Shown here: positions 28,492 to 37,407 of the stretch, piece by piece | Layout of the letters: each line of letters begins with the position of its first letter | Numbering within the stretch: position 1 is the first letter of the stretch | Origin: an uncultured Candidatus Entotheonella sp. | GTDB lineage: Bacteria; Tectomicrobia; Entotheonellia; Entotheonellales; Entotheonellaceae | Direction: 5' to 3' | NCBI GenBank assembly: GCA_965217185.1 | Contig: OZ244252.1 | Coordinates: 2,784,001-2,848,000 of the forward strand | Length of the DNA stretch: 64,000 nucleotides | Notes under the pieces: model-generated | Seen by the model: the letters and a program-made list of their open reading frames with translations, nothing else | Database searches by the model: none | Told to the model about the DNA's origin: nothing | Translations under genes and position numbers: made by a program

Positions 28492-28565
28492 TGGGGAATC
28501 GTACAACGGCAGTACTCCAGACTCTGGATCTGGCTATCTAGGTTCGAATCCTAGTTCCCCAGCCA
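28492..28565 (+). tRNA. tRNA-Gln(CTG)
   Basis: Cloverleaf; anticodon arm CCAGA-ctCTGga-TCTGG; GGTTCGAATCC; encoded CCA. Confidence 0.95.
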
Positions 28566-28577
28566 ATTCCGGCACGT

Positions 28578-28650
28578 GGCCCTATCGTCTAGCGGTCCAG
28601 GATCTCGGCCTCTCACGCCGAAGACACGGGTTCGAGTCCCGTTGGGGCTA
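28578..28650 (+). tRNA. tRNA-Glu(CTC)
   Basis: TCGGC-ctCTCac-GCCGA arm; GGTTCGAGTCC; no encoded CCA. Confidence 0.95.
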
Positions 28651-28717
28651 TCCAAACTCCCGCCCTTTCTGCTCATCCGTCACTCCCCTGAGCGACACCT
28701 CGGCAAGGCATATTCAC

Positions 28718-29026
28718 GTGACCCCAGACCGCATCCCGCAAGCCGTTCGCACCCAGGCCGCCGAGCAGGGCGGCGCGCCCTACACGACCCCCGAGGGTGA
28801 AGCCTACCTCATCATTCCCACGCCGGTGGGCGAGCGCGTATTCGTCAACAGCTGCCCCCACCGCCGCCTGCCGTTGGACCGCCGCGGGCGGTTGCAGTTT
28901 TCCGGCGAGCAGCGCCTGCTGGTTTGTCCCAACCACGGCGCCAAGTTCGAGCCCGAAAGCGGCCGCTGCGTCGCCGGGCCGTGCTTCGGCAAGCACCTGC
29001 AACGGGTTCCCGATCTCGAGGCGTAA
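28718..29026 (+). CDS. Rieske [2Fe-2S] domain protein
   Basis: CPH..CPNHGA motifs. Confidence 0.88.
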   Translation: MTPDRIPQAVRTQAAEQGGAPYTTPEGEAYLIIPTPVGERVFVNSCPHRRLPLDRRGRLQFSGEQRLLVCPNHGAKFEPESGRCVAGPCFGKHLQRVPDLEA

Positions 29027-29138
29027 TCCATCGGCGCGGCGCTTTGTGCTATGATCATGCCGACCCGTAGAAGGAAACCACACCGAGCGTTTTCCCTCTC
29101 CACGAACCTTCCCCTACTACACAGGTACCACAATCATC

Positions 29139-30602
29139 ATGACGACATTACGCATACGAGGTCTGTACGGGGCCGCGCTGACGTCGCTGTTTCGGCAGCA
29201 TCACCAAGACTGGGAGATCGTACAGCCCGATGATGAGGTGCGCGCGTGTTTGCCGGGCGATTGGCGGATGGATTCCCCGGACGTCGCGATCGACGAGCAC
29301 GCCGATGCGCAGGGCGTGCGCGACACCCTGCAGCTGTCGGGTTCGGACGACGGCATTGAGCGCGTTCTGGGCATCCTGCAGCAGCATTTCACGGACATCA
29401 TCATTCGCCGCAGCGGCATGCAGATCGGCTCCATGTACCTGGGCTTGGTCGGGCTGGTCAGCCGTGAGCGGCGTCAGTCCGTCGTGTATCTCGGCGGCCA
29501 GCTGTCCGGAACGCTACCGATGGGCCCGGACGATCGCGGGCCGGAGATCGGTGCCCGCATCCCGGTTCGCATCGAGGCACTGGGCAACGGTCCCGACAAG
29601 CGCCCGCAACTCAGCGCCGTGCTCAGCGTGCCGGGCCGCTACGCGGTGCTGAGCATGACCCCGGCCGTGCGCATCAGCAAGCAGATCAATTCCGCGGCAG
29701 CGCGCGAACGGCTGCAGCAACTCGGCCAATCGCTGCAAACCAACGGCTGGGGCATCATCTGGCGCACCGCGGCCCAAAACGCCGCGGACGAGGTTCTGAG
29801 CGAGGAAATCCAGTATCTGGTGCAGCAGTCCGGCGACCTGCGCGAGCGCCTGTCAGGCGCCAAGGCCCTCGGCTATCTCTACGGCGGCGACGTGAGCACG
29901 CAGGTGGAAATACCCGGCGACGCCAAGCGCCTCTGCGACCATTTGCGCGCCGAATTCCTGCCGACGCTGCCGGGGCACCACAAGTACAAAGCCCAAGGCG
30001 ACGTGTACGGCGCCACCGTCGACGCGTTGGAAAAGGAACTGCCCGCCGAGGTGCTGCGCAACCGTACGGCGCCGCTCGGCGTGCTGGCCAGCGTGAACGC
30101 CATGGAATCGCCGCTGCGCGACACCCTGCGCGTGCGGATGGGCGGCCTCCGGGAAAGCGCCGCCACGCAGTATGAGGAGCAGCGCGTCGCTTACGACCTG
30201 GACGCCGGCTGGGTTGAGGTCCGTCAGGAGCTACGCAACAAAGACAGCTATCCCGCCGGCTTGCGGCTCGACAAACGGCCCGGCGATTACACCGTCACCC
30301 GCTTTCAGGAAGGCAGTTGGCATTATGTGACGCGGTTTTACGGCAGGCAGGGCGCCTGGAAAGCGGATTACGCGGGCATCGCCACGCCCACGGCCATTTT
30401 CTCGGATCAGGTGCACCTCGTCGACCTCGACGTCAGCGTCTGCCACAGCCCCGAGCAACCCGCCGAACTCATCGGCATCGAGTCGCTGCAGGAGCACCAG
30501 AAGCAGGGCCTCGTGGGCGTCGCGCTGGTGAGCAAGGTCCGGGAAGAAGGCGCCGCAGTGCTGGAGCGACTGCGCCGGGAAGACCGCTCCGGCGACGAGT
30601 AG
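29139..30602 (+). CDS. FAU-1-like ribonuclease (RNase E/G-like + DUF402)
   Basis: LRIRGLYGAALT, EIVQP, GWGIIWRTAA, PTLPGHHKYKA, VDLDVSV resemble archaeal FAU-1 motifs. Confidence 0.75.
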   Translation: MTTLRIRGLYGAALTSLFRQHHQDWEIVQPDDEVRACLPGDWRMDSPDVAIDEHADAQGVRDTLQLSGSDDGIERVLGILQQHFTDIIIRRSGMQIGSMYLGLVGLVSRERRQSVVYLGGQLSGTLPMGPDDRGPEIGARIPVRIEALGNGPDKRPQLSAVLSVPGRYAVLSMTPAVRISKQINSAAARERLQQLGQSLQTNGWGIIWRTAAQNAADEVLSEEIQYLVQQSGDLRERLSGAKALGYLYGGDVSTQVEIPGDAKRLCDHLRAEFLPTLPGHHKYKAQGDVYGATVDALEKELPAEVLRNRTAPLGVLASVNAMESPLRDTLRVRMGGLRESAATQYEEQRVAYDLDAGWVEVRQELRNKDSYPAGLRLDKRPGDYTVTRFQEGSWHYVTRFYGRQGAWKADYAGIATPTAIFSDQVHLVDLDVSVCHSPEQPAELIGIESLQEHQKQGLVGVALVSKVREEGAAVLERLRREDRSGDE

Positions 30603-30707
30603 ACTCCACCCACCGGCGATTCCCTCCACGAATTCCGCCGCGCACCTCTCCCCCTTTGGATAAGCCGGCTCTGCACAAAAGTCAGCCGGGTAGGCTTGTG
30701 TTGGATT

Positions 30708-31076
30708 TCAGGGCGAGGGTGCGTCTGCGGTTTGCAGTTGCTGCATGATGAGATCGATCCGTCCTTCGTTCCTCGAGACGCGGTCGCTGAGCTTGCGGAG
30801 TTCCGACACGTTGTTGTCGAGGTCCTCGATTTGTCCGTCCTGGGTGTCGAAGCGTTGATCCATTGCGTCGAAGCGCTGGTCCACGGCCTCGAAGCGCTGG
30901 TTCATTTCTGCTCTGAGGTCGTCAATACGCTGATTGACGCTTCGGTTCAGGTCATCAAGACGTCGATGCGTGTCGTCAAGGCGATAATGGATCGAGTTGA
31001 CCGACAGGTGCAGAGCCGTTATGACGGCACCGACGGCCAGGATTCCGGTTCCATTATTCCTTATCCAGTTCCACAT
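30708..31076 (-). CDS. Membrane-anchored coiled-coil protein, dispersed paralog of the 52.5-56.7 kb array
   Basis: MWNWI.., NQRFEAVDQRFDAM repeats, C-terminus LRKLSDRV..LQTADAPSP shared with array genes. Confidence 0.85.
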   Translation of the reverse strand: MWNWIRNNGTGILAVGAVITALHLSVNSIHYRLDDTHRRLDDLNRSVNQRIDDLRAEMNQRFEAVDQRFDAMDQRFDTQDGQIEDLDNNVSELRKLSDRVSRNEGRIDLIMQQLQTADAPSP

Positions 31077-31120
31077 CGGCTGTAGCCCCCAGAGGTGAGT
31101 GGGATTTGGGGGAAGGTCTC

Positions 31121-32314
31121 TCAGCGCAGTTGCTGCACGGCTTGATCGAGACGGTCGAGCCCGGTGCGAAGCGCTTCCATCGACGCGGCGTAGGACAGGC
31201 GCACGTGGTCATCGGCGCCGAACGCGTCGCCCGGTACCAGCGCCACGCTCGCCGCATCCAGCAGGTAATCGATGACATCCGTCGAGTTTGACAGGGTACG
31301 GCCATTGGTGCGGCGACCGAACAGGGCGTTGATTTTCGGGAAGGTATAGAAGGCGCCTTGCGGCATGGGGCAGGAGATGCCGTCGATGGCATTGAGACGC
31401 GCCACCACGAAATCGCGCCGTTCGACGAAAGCCGCAGCCATGGCGTGCACGCTGTCCTGGGGGCCGGTAAGGGCCTCGATGGCCGCTATCTGTACGAACG
31501 CCGTCGGGTTGCTGGTGCTCTGGCTCTGCAAATGGCCGCAGGCGGCGATCACGTCGGCAGGTCCGGCGCAGAAGCCCAGGCGCCAGCCGGTCATGGAGTA
31601 GGACTTGGAGACGCCGTTGACCACGATGCAACGTTCCTTCAACTCCGGTGACAGCGTGGCGATGCTGATCTGCCGCAGCCCGTCGTAGACCATGTGCTCG
31701 TATATCTCGTCGGTGATGACGTAAAGGCCGGTGTCGCACAACACGTCGGCGAGGTCTTGCAGCTCTTCAGGGGTGTACACCGCGCCGGTGGGATTGCATG
31801 GACTGTTGAGGATGATGCCCTTCGTCGCCGGCGTCAGGTAGCGTCGCAGCACCTCGCCGGTGATCTTGAAACCTTCCGCCGCCGTTGTCGGGATGATCAC
31901 CGGCGTGCCGCCGGCCATCTCCACCTGCGTCGGGTAGGTCACCCAGTACGGTCCGGGAATGATCACCTCGTCGCCCGGATCCAACAGCACCATCGCCAGG
32001 TTGTACAGAACGTGCTTGGCGCCGCACGACACGATGATCTGGTCCGCCTCGTAATCCAGGCCGTTTTCCCGCTGCAATTTGTCGGCAATCGCCTGCCGCA
32101 GCGCCGGCAGCCCGCTCGCCTGCGTGTACTTGGTGAAGCCCTCGGCCATGGCGTGCTCGGCGGCCTGGATGACGTTGTCGGGTGTGTTGAAGTCCGGCTC
32201 GCCGACGCTGAAGTCGATCACGTCGCGGCCCTGGGCGCGCAGGGCCTTGGCTTTGGCGCTGATGGCCAGGGTCTCGGAGGGTTTCAGGTGCCGGGTGAAC
32301 TGTGCAAGCTGCAT
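31121..32314 (-). CDS. aspC: Aspartate aminotransferase family protein
   Basis: VGEPDF, NSPCNPTG, DEIYE, SKSYSMTGWRLG. Confidence 0.88.
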   Translation of the reverse strand: MQLAQFTRHLKPSETLAISAKAKALRAQGRDVIDFSVGEPDFNTPDNVIQAAEHAMAEGFTKYTQASGLPALRQAIADKLQRENGLDYEADQIIVSCGAKHVLYNLAMVLLDPGDEVIIPGPYWVTYPTQVEMAGGTPVIIPTTAAEGFKITGEVLRRYLTPATKGIILNSPCNPTGAVYTPEELQDLADVLCDTGLYVITDEIYEHMVYDGLRQISIATLSPELKERCIVVNGVSKSYSMTGWRLGFCAGPADVIAACGHLQSQSTSNPTAFVQIAAIEALTGPQDSVHAMAAAFVERRDFVVARLNAIDGISCPMPQGAFYTFPKINALFGRRTNGRTLSNSTDVIDYLLDAASVALVPGDAFGADDHVRLSYAASMEALRTGLDRLDQAVQQLR

Positions 32315-32322
32315 AGGCTCCT

Positions 32323-32811
32323 CTACGCCTTACGTTGGTATTTCTCTTTCAGGGCCAGCGCCACCGGCGGCGGCACCAGCTCGTCCACGTTGCCGCCGAA
32401 GGCCGCGACCTCTTTAATCAGGCGCGACGCCACGTAGGTGTATTCTTCGCGCGGGGTCAGGAAGACGGTTTCGATGTCTTCATCCAGACGCCGGTTCATC
32501 AGGGTCATCTGAAATTCGTACTCGAAATCGGCAATGGCGCGCAGGCCGCGGATGATCACGTCGGCTTCTTTCTGCCTAGCGTAAAACACCAGCAAGGTAC
32601 TGGAAAAGCTGTCGATCTCGATGTTCTTCAGGCCCTGAATCGACTCCTCGATCAAGCGGCGGCGCTCCGGCACGGTGAACATCGGCCCCTTCGCCGGGTT
32701 GTCGAAGATGGCCACGATCAACCTGTCGAACATGCGCACGGATCGTTTGATGAGGTCCAGGTGGCCGTTCGTGAGCGGATCGAACGTCCCCGGGTAAACG
32801 GCAGTCGTCAT
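32323..32811 (-). CDS. coaD: Pantetheine-phosphate adenylyltransferase
   Basis: [26 protein letters not shown]. Confidence 0.97.
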   Translation of the reverse strand: MTTAVYPGTFDPLTNGHLDLIKRSVRMFDRLIVAIFDNPAKGPMFTVPERRRLIEESIQGLKNIEIDSFSSTLLVFYARQKEADVIIRGLRAIADFEYEFQMTLMNRRLDEDIETVFLTPREEYTYVASRLIKEVAAFGGNVDELVPPPVALALKEKYQRKA

Positions 32812-32892
32812 TACTCCCCCCTTCCGACAACCCCCATGGGCGCGCCGTTCCAAGCCACCGGCGCCCCGTCTCAAACCGGCCGGTATCGTAGA

Positions 32893-33957
32893 TTAGCCCT
32901 CGGGGGCTGTCAACCGCTCGGCGGACTGCTCGGCATACCGCAACTGGCCGCAGGCGGCGGAGATGTCGCGCCCGCGGCTCTGGCGCACCGAGGCCGACAC
33001 GCCGTGCTCGACGAGCCAGGTCCAGAAGCGCTGCACGGTGTCGTCCGTCGGGCGACGATACGGCGCCTCGGGTATCTCGTTGAACGGCAGCAGATTGACC
33101 TTGCAGCGCAGGCCGTGCAGCAACTTGACCAAGCGTTTGGCGTCGGCCAGGCTGTCGTTGACGTCGCGCAGCAGCACGTACTCGAAGGTAATCCGCTGGC
33201 GCACTGCCAGGGGGAACTCACGGCACGCCTGCAGCAGCCTGTCGATGGGATAGGCCTTGTTGATGGGCATGATGCGGCTGCGCACGGCGTCGGTGGTGGC
33301 GTTGAGGGAGACGGCGAGATTCACCTTCAGGTCCTCGCGGCCAAACGCCTCCAGGCGGCGGACCAGACCGGACGTCGAGACGGTAATCCGGCGCGGCGAA
33401 ATGCCCAGCCCCCAGTCGGCCGTCAGAATGCGCACCGCCTGCACGGTGCCGCCAAAGTTGTCCAGCGGCTCCCCCATGCCCATGAACACGATGTTGGTAA
33501 AGTCCCGCGCCGGCTCCCGGCCCGGTTCCTGAAAGTGCAGCACCTGCCCGACGATCTCCGCCGGCCGCAGACTGCGCACCAGGCCACCCTGCGCGGTCAG
33601 GCAGAACCCACAGCCCAGGGCGCAGCCCACCTGTGTGGAGACGCAAATGGTGCGCTTGTCACCGCGCGGGATCAGCACCGTCTCGATCCGGTTGCCGTCA
33701 TCGACGCCGAACAGCAGCTTCTCGGTGCCGTCTTCGCTGCGCTGCCGCCGCAGGAGGCTCAAGGTGCTGACGTACGTCTGCTTTTGCAGGCGTTGCCGCA
33801 ACGGCTCGGGAAGGTTCGTCATCTCCCGCACGCTGGTGGCCTGGCGCTTGTACACCCACTGGCACACCTGCCGGGCGCGAAAATCCGGCTCTCCCTGAGC
33901 GGCAAGAAGGGCCGCCAGCTCATCGCGACGCAGATCGCGCAAGTCGGTCAGTGACAT
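32893..33957 (-). CDS. rlmN: 23S rRNA/tRNA m2A methyltransferase RlmN
   Basis: CALGCGFC, FMGMGEP, DISAACGQL. Confidence 0.96.
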   Translation of the reverse strand: MSLTDLRDLRRDELAALLAAQGEPDFRARQVCQWVYKRQATSVREMTNLPEPLRQRLQKQTYVSTLSLLRRQRSEDGTEKLLFGVDDGNRIETVLIPRGDKRTICVSTQVGCALGCGFCLTAQGGLVRSLRPAEIVGQVLHFQEPGREPARDFTNIVFMGMGEPLDNFGGTVQAVRILTADWGLGISPRRITVSTSGLVRRLEAFGREDLKVNLAVSLNATTDAVRSRIMPINKAYPIDRLLQACREFPLAVRQRITFEYVLLRDVNDSLADAKRLVKLLHGLRCKVNLLPFNEIPEAPYRRPTDDTVQRFWTWLVEHGVSASVRQSRGRDISAACGQLRYAEQSAERLTAPEG

Positions 33958-34073
33958 GCCTTTTGGCTCCTTCTATAATGCCGCCTACGCAGCAATTGTG
34001 GTTTTTCGAGACGGCGTCGAGTGTAGCATTCGGCCGTCAGCAACACCCGCCGTTCCCCATCAGGAGCGCCGCG

Positions 34074-35573
34074 ATGCTCATCACCTACCTCCGCGACAAC
34101 AAGGCCCGCATCGTCGACGGACTGTATCAGAATATTCTGCGGACCGTCGGGGACGACCCCGCTTTCGATGCCGAGTTCCTGCGCGGCAGCGTGGCGGAGA
34201 CCGCCGCCGCCTTCCTCAGCGCCCTGGAAGCGAACGACTCCCAGCCGTTGGACGACTGCCTGGACCGGTTCTTGGCGGGCAGCACCGTGGCGGATTTCCC
34301 CCTGACCGTCCTGCACCGCAACTTCACCGTCTTCGCCGCCATGCTGCCGCCCCTGCTGCGCGAGTGCTACGGCGACGATACCGACAGCCTCCTCGACGCC
34401 CTGCACCGCATGCACCTGCTGATCGACGCCACGCTCAACAAGCTGGTCGGGGAGTATGAAAAACGCTCCAAGCTCCTCGTGCAGCAGCAGTACGAGCAGT
34501 TGGAGGCGCACAACCGGGGTCTGGAGACCCAGCTCATCCGCGTCGGCGAGGCGTACCAGACGCTGCAGGATTTCAATGAGAACATTCTGCAGAGCATGAC
34601 CAGCGGCTTGCTGGTGGCGGACAAGAACAGCCATCGCATCCTCAAGGTCAACCAGGCCATGGAACGCCTGAGCCGCCGCGCCGCCGACGACATGGTCGGG
34701 CGCACCGTGGAGGACGTCTTTGCCGGCACACAAGGTCTGCCGATCAGCGCCTTCGCCGACGAGGTGCAGCGGCAGGGCAGCATCACGCTTCGCAAGCACC
34801 GCCTGGTGGACCCCGAGGGCCGCGTCGGCCACGGCACCATCAAAGGCCAGGTGTTTTACGACAGCCAGGGCCGCGAGCAGGGCGTGCTGGTTCTTGTTGA
34901 CGACATTTCGGAGCGGGAAATTCTGCGCGACACCTTCAGCCGCTACCTGAGCCAGCCGGTCATGGAACAGGTGCTCAGCGACAAGGCGTCGCGCTCCCTG
35001 CGCACCTCGCGCCGCGAGGTGAGCGTGCTGTTCGCCGACATTCGCGGCTTCACCACCTTCGCCGAGCGCCACCGGCCCGAGGAGGTCGTGGCCGCCCTGA
35101 ACCAGTATTTCGACCGCATGGTGCGGGTGGTCTTCGCGCACCACGGCACGCTGGACAAGTACCTCGGCGACGGCCTCATGGCGCTGTTCGGCGCGCCCCT
35201 GGAACAACCCGACCATCCCTGGCACGCCGTGCAGGCGGCGCTGGACATGCAGGCAGCGGTTGCGGACCTCAACGCTGCCCGACGCGATGCCGACTTGGCG
35301 CCCCTCAATATCGGCATCGGCATCAACAGCGGCGAGGCCATCGTCGGCAATATCGGCACGGAAGAGCGCATGGAGTACACCGTCATCGGCGATATGGTCA
35401 ACGTCGCCCAGCGCCTGCAAACGGAAGCCGCTGCCGGCGACGTCGTCATCAGCGACCATGTCCTTGCCCATACACGGGGCCACTTCACGGTCCGTCAAAC
35501 CCTCGAAACCCAGCTCAAGGGCCGTCGCCAGTCCGTCCGCGCCCACCGCATCGGCCCGCCCAGCGCTTCCTGA
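34074..35573 (+). CDS. PAS-domain class III adenylate/guanylate cyclase
   Basis: LFADIRGFT, DKYLGDGLMA, YTVIGDMVNVAQRL; helical N-terminal sensor region + PAS. Confidence 0.9.
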   Translation: MLITYLRDNKARIVDGLYQNILRTVGDDPAFDAEFLRGSVAETAAAFLSALEANDSQPLDDCLDRFLAGSTVADFPLTVLHRNFTVFAAMLPPLLRECYGDDTDSLLDALHRMHLLIDATLNKLVGEYEKRSKLLVQQQYEQLEAHNRGLETQLIRVGEAYQTLQDFNENILQSMTSGLLVADKNSHRILKVNQAMERLSRRAADDMVGRTVEDVFAGTQGLPISAFADEVQRQGSITLRKHRLVDPEGRVGHGTIKGQVFYDSQGREQGVLVLVDDISEREILRDTFSRYLSQPVMEQVLSDKASRSLRTSRREVSVLFADIRGFTTFAERHRPEEVVAALNQYFDRMVRVVFAHHGTLDKYLGDGLMALFGAPLEQPDHPWHAVQAALDMQAAVADLNAARRDADLAPLNIGIGINSGEAIVGNIGTEERMEYTVIGDMVNVAQRLQTEAAAGDVVISDHVLAHTRGHFTVRQTLETQLKGRRQSVRAHRIGPPSAS

Positions 35574-35650
35574 TTCCTGGACGGCGGGGTTCAAATTGCC
35601 AATTGCAAGGCCAAGCGAAAAACTTTATATTGTCTCTCCCTATCCCGTAT

Positions 35651-35734
35651 GCCGAAGTGGCGGAATTGGTAGACGCGCATGATTCAGGGTCATGTGGGGG
35701 TCACCTCGTGGGAGTTCGAGTCTCCCCTTCGGCA
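35651..35734 (+). tRNA. tRNA-Leu(CAG)
   Basis: CATGA-ttCAGgg-TCATG arm, long variable arm, GTTCGAGTC. Confidence 0.95.
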
Positions 35735-35778
35735 TCTTGACAATACCACCGGCAGGCGATATGCTTCCTGCCATCCAG

Positions 35779-35852
35779 TGCGGGGTGGAGCAGTCAGGCA
35801 GCTCGTTGGGCTCATAACCCAAAGGTCGCTGGTTCAAATCCAGCCCCCGCTA
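35779..35852 (+). tRNA. tRNA-Met(CAT), initiator type
   Basis: TTGGG-ctCATaa-CCCAA with three G:C pairs; unpaired 1:72. Confidence 0.93.
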
Positions 35853-35854
35853 TC

Positions 35855-35895
35855 AAAAAACCGGCACTCCCCGAACAGGGGGTGCCGGTTTTTTT
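35855..35895 (+). terminator. Intrinsic terminator after the tRNAs (possibly bidirectional)
   Basis: AAAAAACCGGCACTCC..GGGGTGCCGG followed by a T run. Confidence 0.85.
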
Positions 35896-35932
35896 GTGCC
35901 GAGGCGTGATCATTTTCAGATCAGATGTAAAT

Positions 35933-36037
35933 GTAGGTCGGATTAGCGCAGCGTAATCCGACGATTCCGCTTTGGTTCTGGGGGGCGGTTACGCTGAGGA
36001 AGTCGGATTACGCCGCTTGGCGGCTAATCCGACCTAC
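35933..36037. repeat. Inverted GTAG-REP doublet (REPIN/BIME-like)
   Basis: GTAGGTCGGATTAGCGCAGCGTAATCCGAC at 35933-35962 and an inverted variant at 36002-36037. Confidence 0.9.
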
Positions 36038-36090
36038 TTGAAACCACGAGTCCACCCATCAATCCATCCGACCCGGGATTGCTCCAAAGC

Positions 36091-36129
36091 AAAAAAAGGC
36101 ATGCGGGAGAAATTCCCCCACACGCCTTT
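36091..36129 (-). terminator. Intrinsic terminator of the NPC-peptide gene
   Basis: Minus strand AAGGCGTGTGGGGG..CTCCCGCATGCCTTTTTTT. Confidence 0.75.
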
Positions 36130-36153
36130 CCTGCTACGGCAACGGCTTGACGG

Positions 36154-36315
36154 CTACTGGCTGTCGTCACCGCCCTCATCGGGATTGCACGGGTTGCAGG
36201 GATTGCACGGGTTGCACGGATTCGCCTCGCCTTCCTCATGGCTGGCACCAAACGCCACAGAGGAACCGACAAGGAACATCGCCAAGGTCAAAAAGACAAC
36301 GATAGACTTGCGCAT
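36154..36315 (-). CDS. 53-aa secreted peptide with (NPC)4 repeat (absent from the ORF track)
   Basis: MRKSIVVFLTLAMFLVGSSVAFGASHEEGEANPCNPCNPCNPCNPDEGGDDSQ; AGGAGG RBS; signal peptide; own terminator. Confidence 0.8.
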   Translation of the reverse strand: MRKSIVVFLTLAMFLVGSSVAFGASHEEGEANPCNPCNPCNPCNPDEGGDDSQ

Positions 36316-36405
36316 GGGTTTGCCTCCTGCGTGTTTACTAGTTCGTCCTTTGGGAATGCACTACTTCTACCAGAGGTTCCCATGCGTTGTCAAGTCAAGT
36401 TAAAT

Positions 36406-36578
36406 GTAGGTCGGATTAGCGCAGCGTAATCCGACATTCCTCTGCGAAAACTACATGCGATTGCCTTGCAAACCAACCGGTGTATGCTAAATGTAGGCTG
36501 GATTAGCCACTTTGGGTTCTGTGGTGCCGTTGCGCTGAGGAAGTCGGATTACGCCGCTTCGCGCCTAATCCGACCTAC
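36406..36578. repeat. GTAG-REP cluster upstream of RAYT
   Basis: REP 36406-36435 (+), partial at 36493, inverted REP 36543-36578. Confidence 0.9.
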
Positions 36579-36609
36579 ATATCTACATATCCCTGTACCG
36601 AGCCTTGCC

Positions 36610-37109
36610 ATGCAATACCGACGCGCCTTCGCTCCCGGCGCCACCTACTTCTTCACCGTCGTCACCGACCGCCGGCGCCCGCTGTTCGGCGACGCCGCGG
36701 CCTGCGATCTCCTCCGCCAGGCGTTGCGGCAGGTTGCCGAACAACGGCCCTTCACCGTCAACGCCATGGTCGTGCTCCCCGACCATCTACACTGCCTGTG
36801 GACCCTGCCGCCGGACGACGCCGATTATCCAACCCGGTGGCGGTTGATCAAAACGTGGGTGACGCAGCGGCACGGCGCCGATCGCCCCCTTTGGCAGCCG
36901 CGCTATTGGGAACACCTGATCCGCGACGATACCGACTACCGCCAGCACGTCGCGAGTACATCCATTACAACCCGGTGAAGCACGGTCATGTCTCACGCCC
37001 GTCGCAGTGGCCGCATTCCAGCTTTCGGCGTTACGTCAAGGCAGGGCTATACCCGGAGGACTGGGGCAGCAGCGAACCGGTGTGGAAGGGAACGGTCGGG
37101 CGGGAGTAG
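36610..37109 (+). pseudogene. REP-associated tyrosine transposase (RAYT/TnpA-REP), frameshift near 36952
   Basis: YFFTVVT, HUH motif LPDHLH, WQPRYWEHLIRD; YIHYNPVKHG..WPHSS lies in another frame. Confidence 0.88.
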
Positions 37110-37128
37110 ACATGCAAAATGAATAAAT

Positions 37129-37232
37129 GTAGGTCGGATTAGCGCAGCGTAATCCGACAATTCCGCTTTGGGTTTTGAGGCGATTACGCTGAGGAAGTCG
37201 GATTACGCCGCGCTGCGGCTAATCCGACCTAC
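37129..37232. repeat. Inverted GTAG-REP doublet downstream of RAYT
   Basis: REPs 37129-37158 and 37197-37232; spacer similar to that of the 35933 doublet. Confidence 0.9.
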
Positions 37233-37251
37233 ATACATCCACATCCCCAAC

Positions 37252-37329
37252 TCAAAACTGCCTTACAAACCGCAACTCGACCCGGTTGCGGTCGCAATCC
37301 TGCGCCACGTCGACGCCTTGGCTCGACAT
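37252..37329 (-). pseudogene. Mini-ORF/remnant carrying the C-terminus of a Slam/DUF560 protein
   Basis: MSSQGVDVAQDCDRNRVELRFVRQF*; the last 17 aa match 15/17 the C-terminus of the 45441 gene (AQDYDRNRAELRFVRQF). Confidence 0.7.
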
Positions 37330-37407
37330 CACAGGCTCCTACGTCCTCCCTGACCCTACCCCGAACAAGGCCATAAGTCTTCCACGGCATTACGAGGTCT
37401 GACGCGG

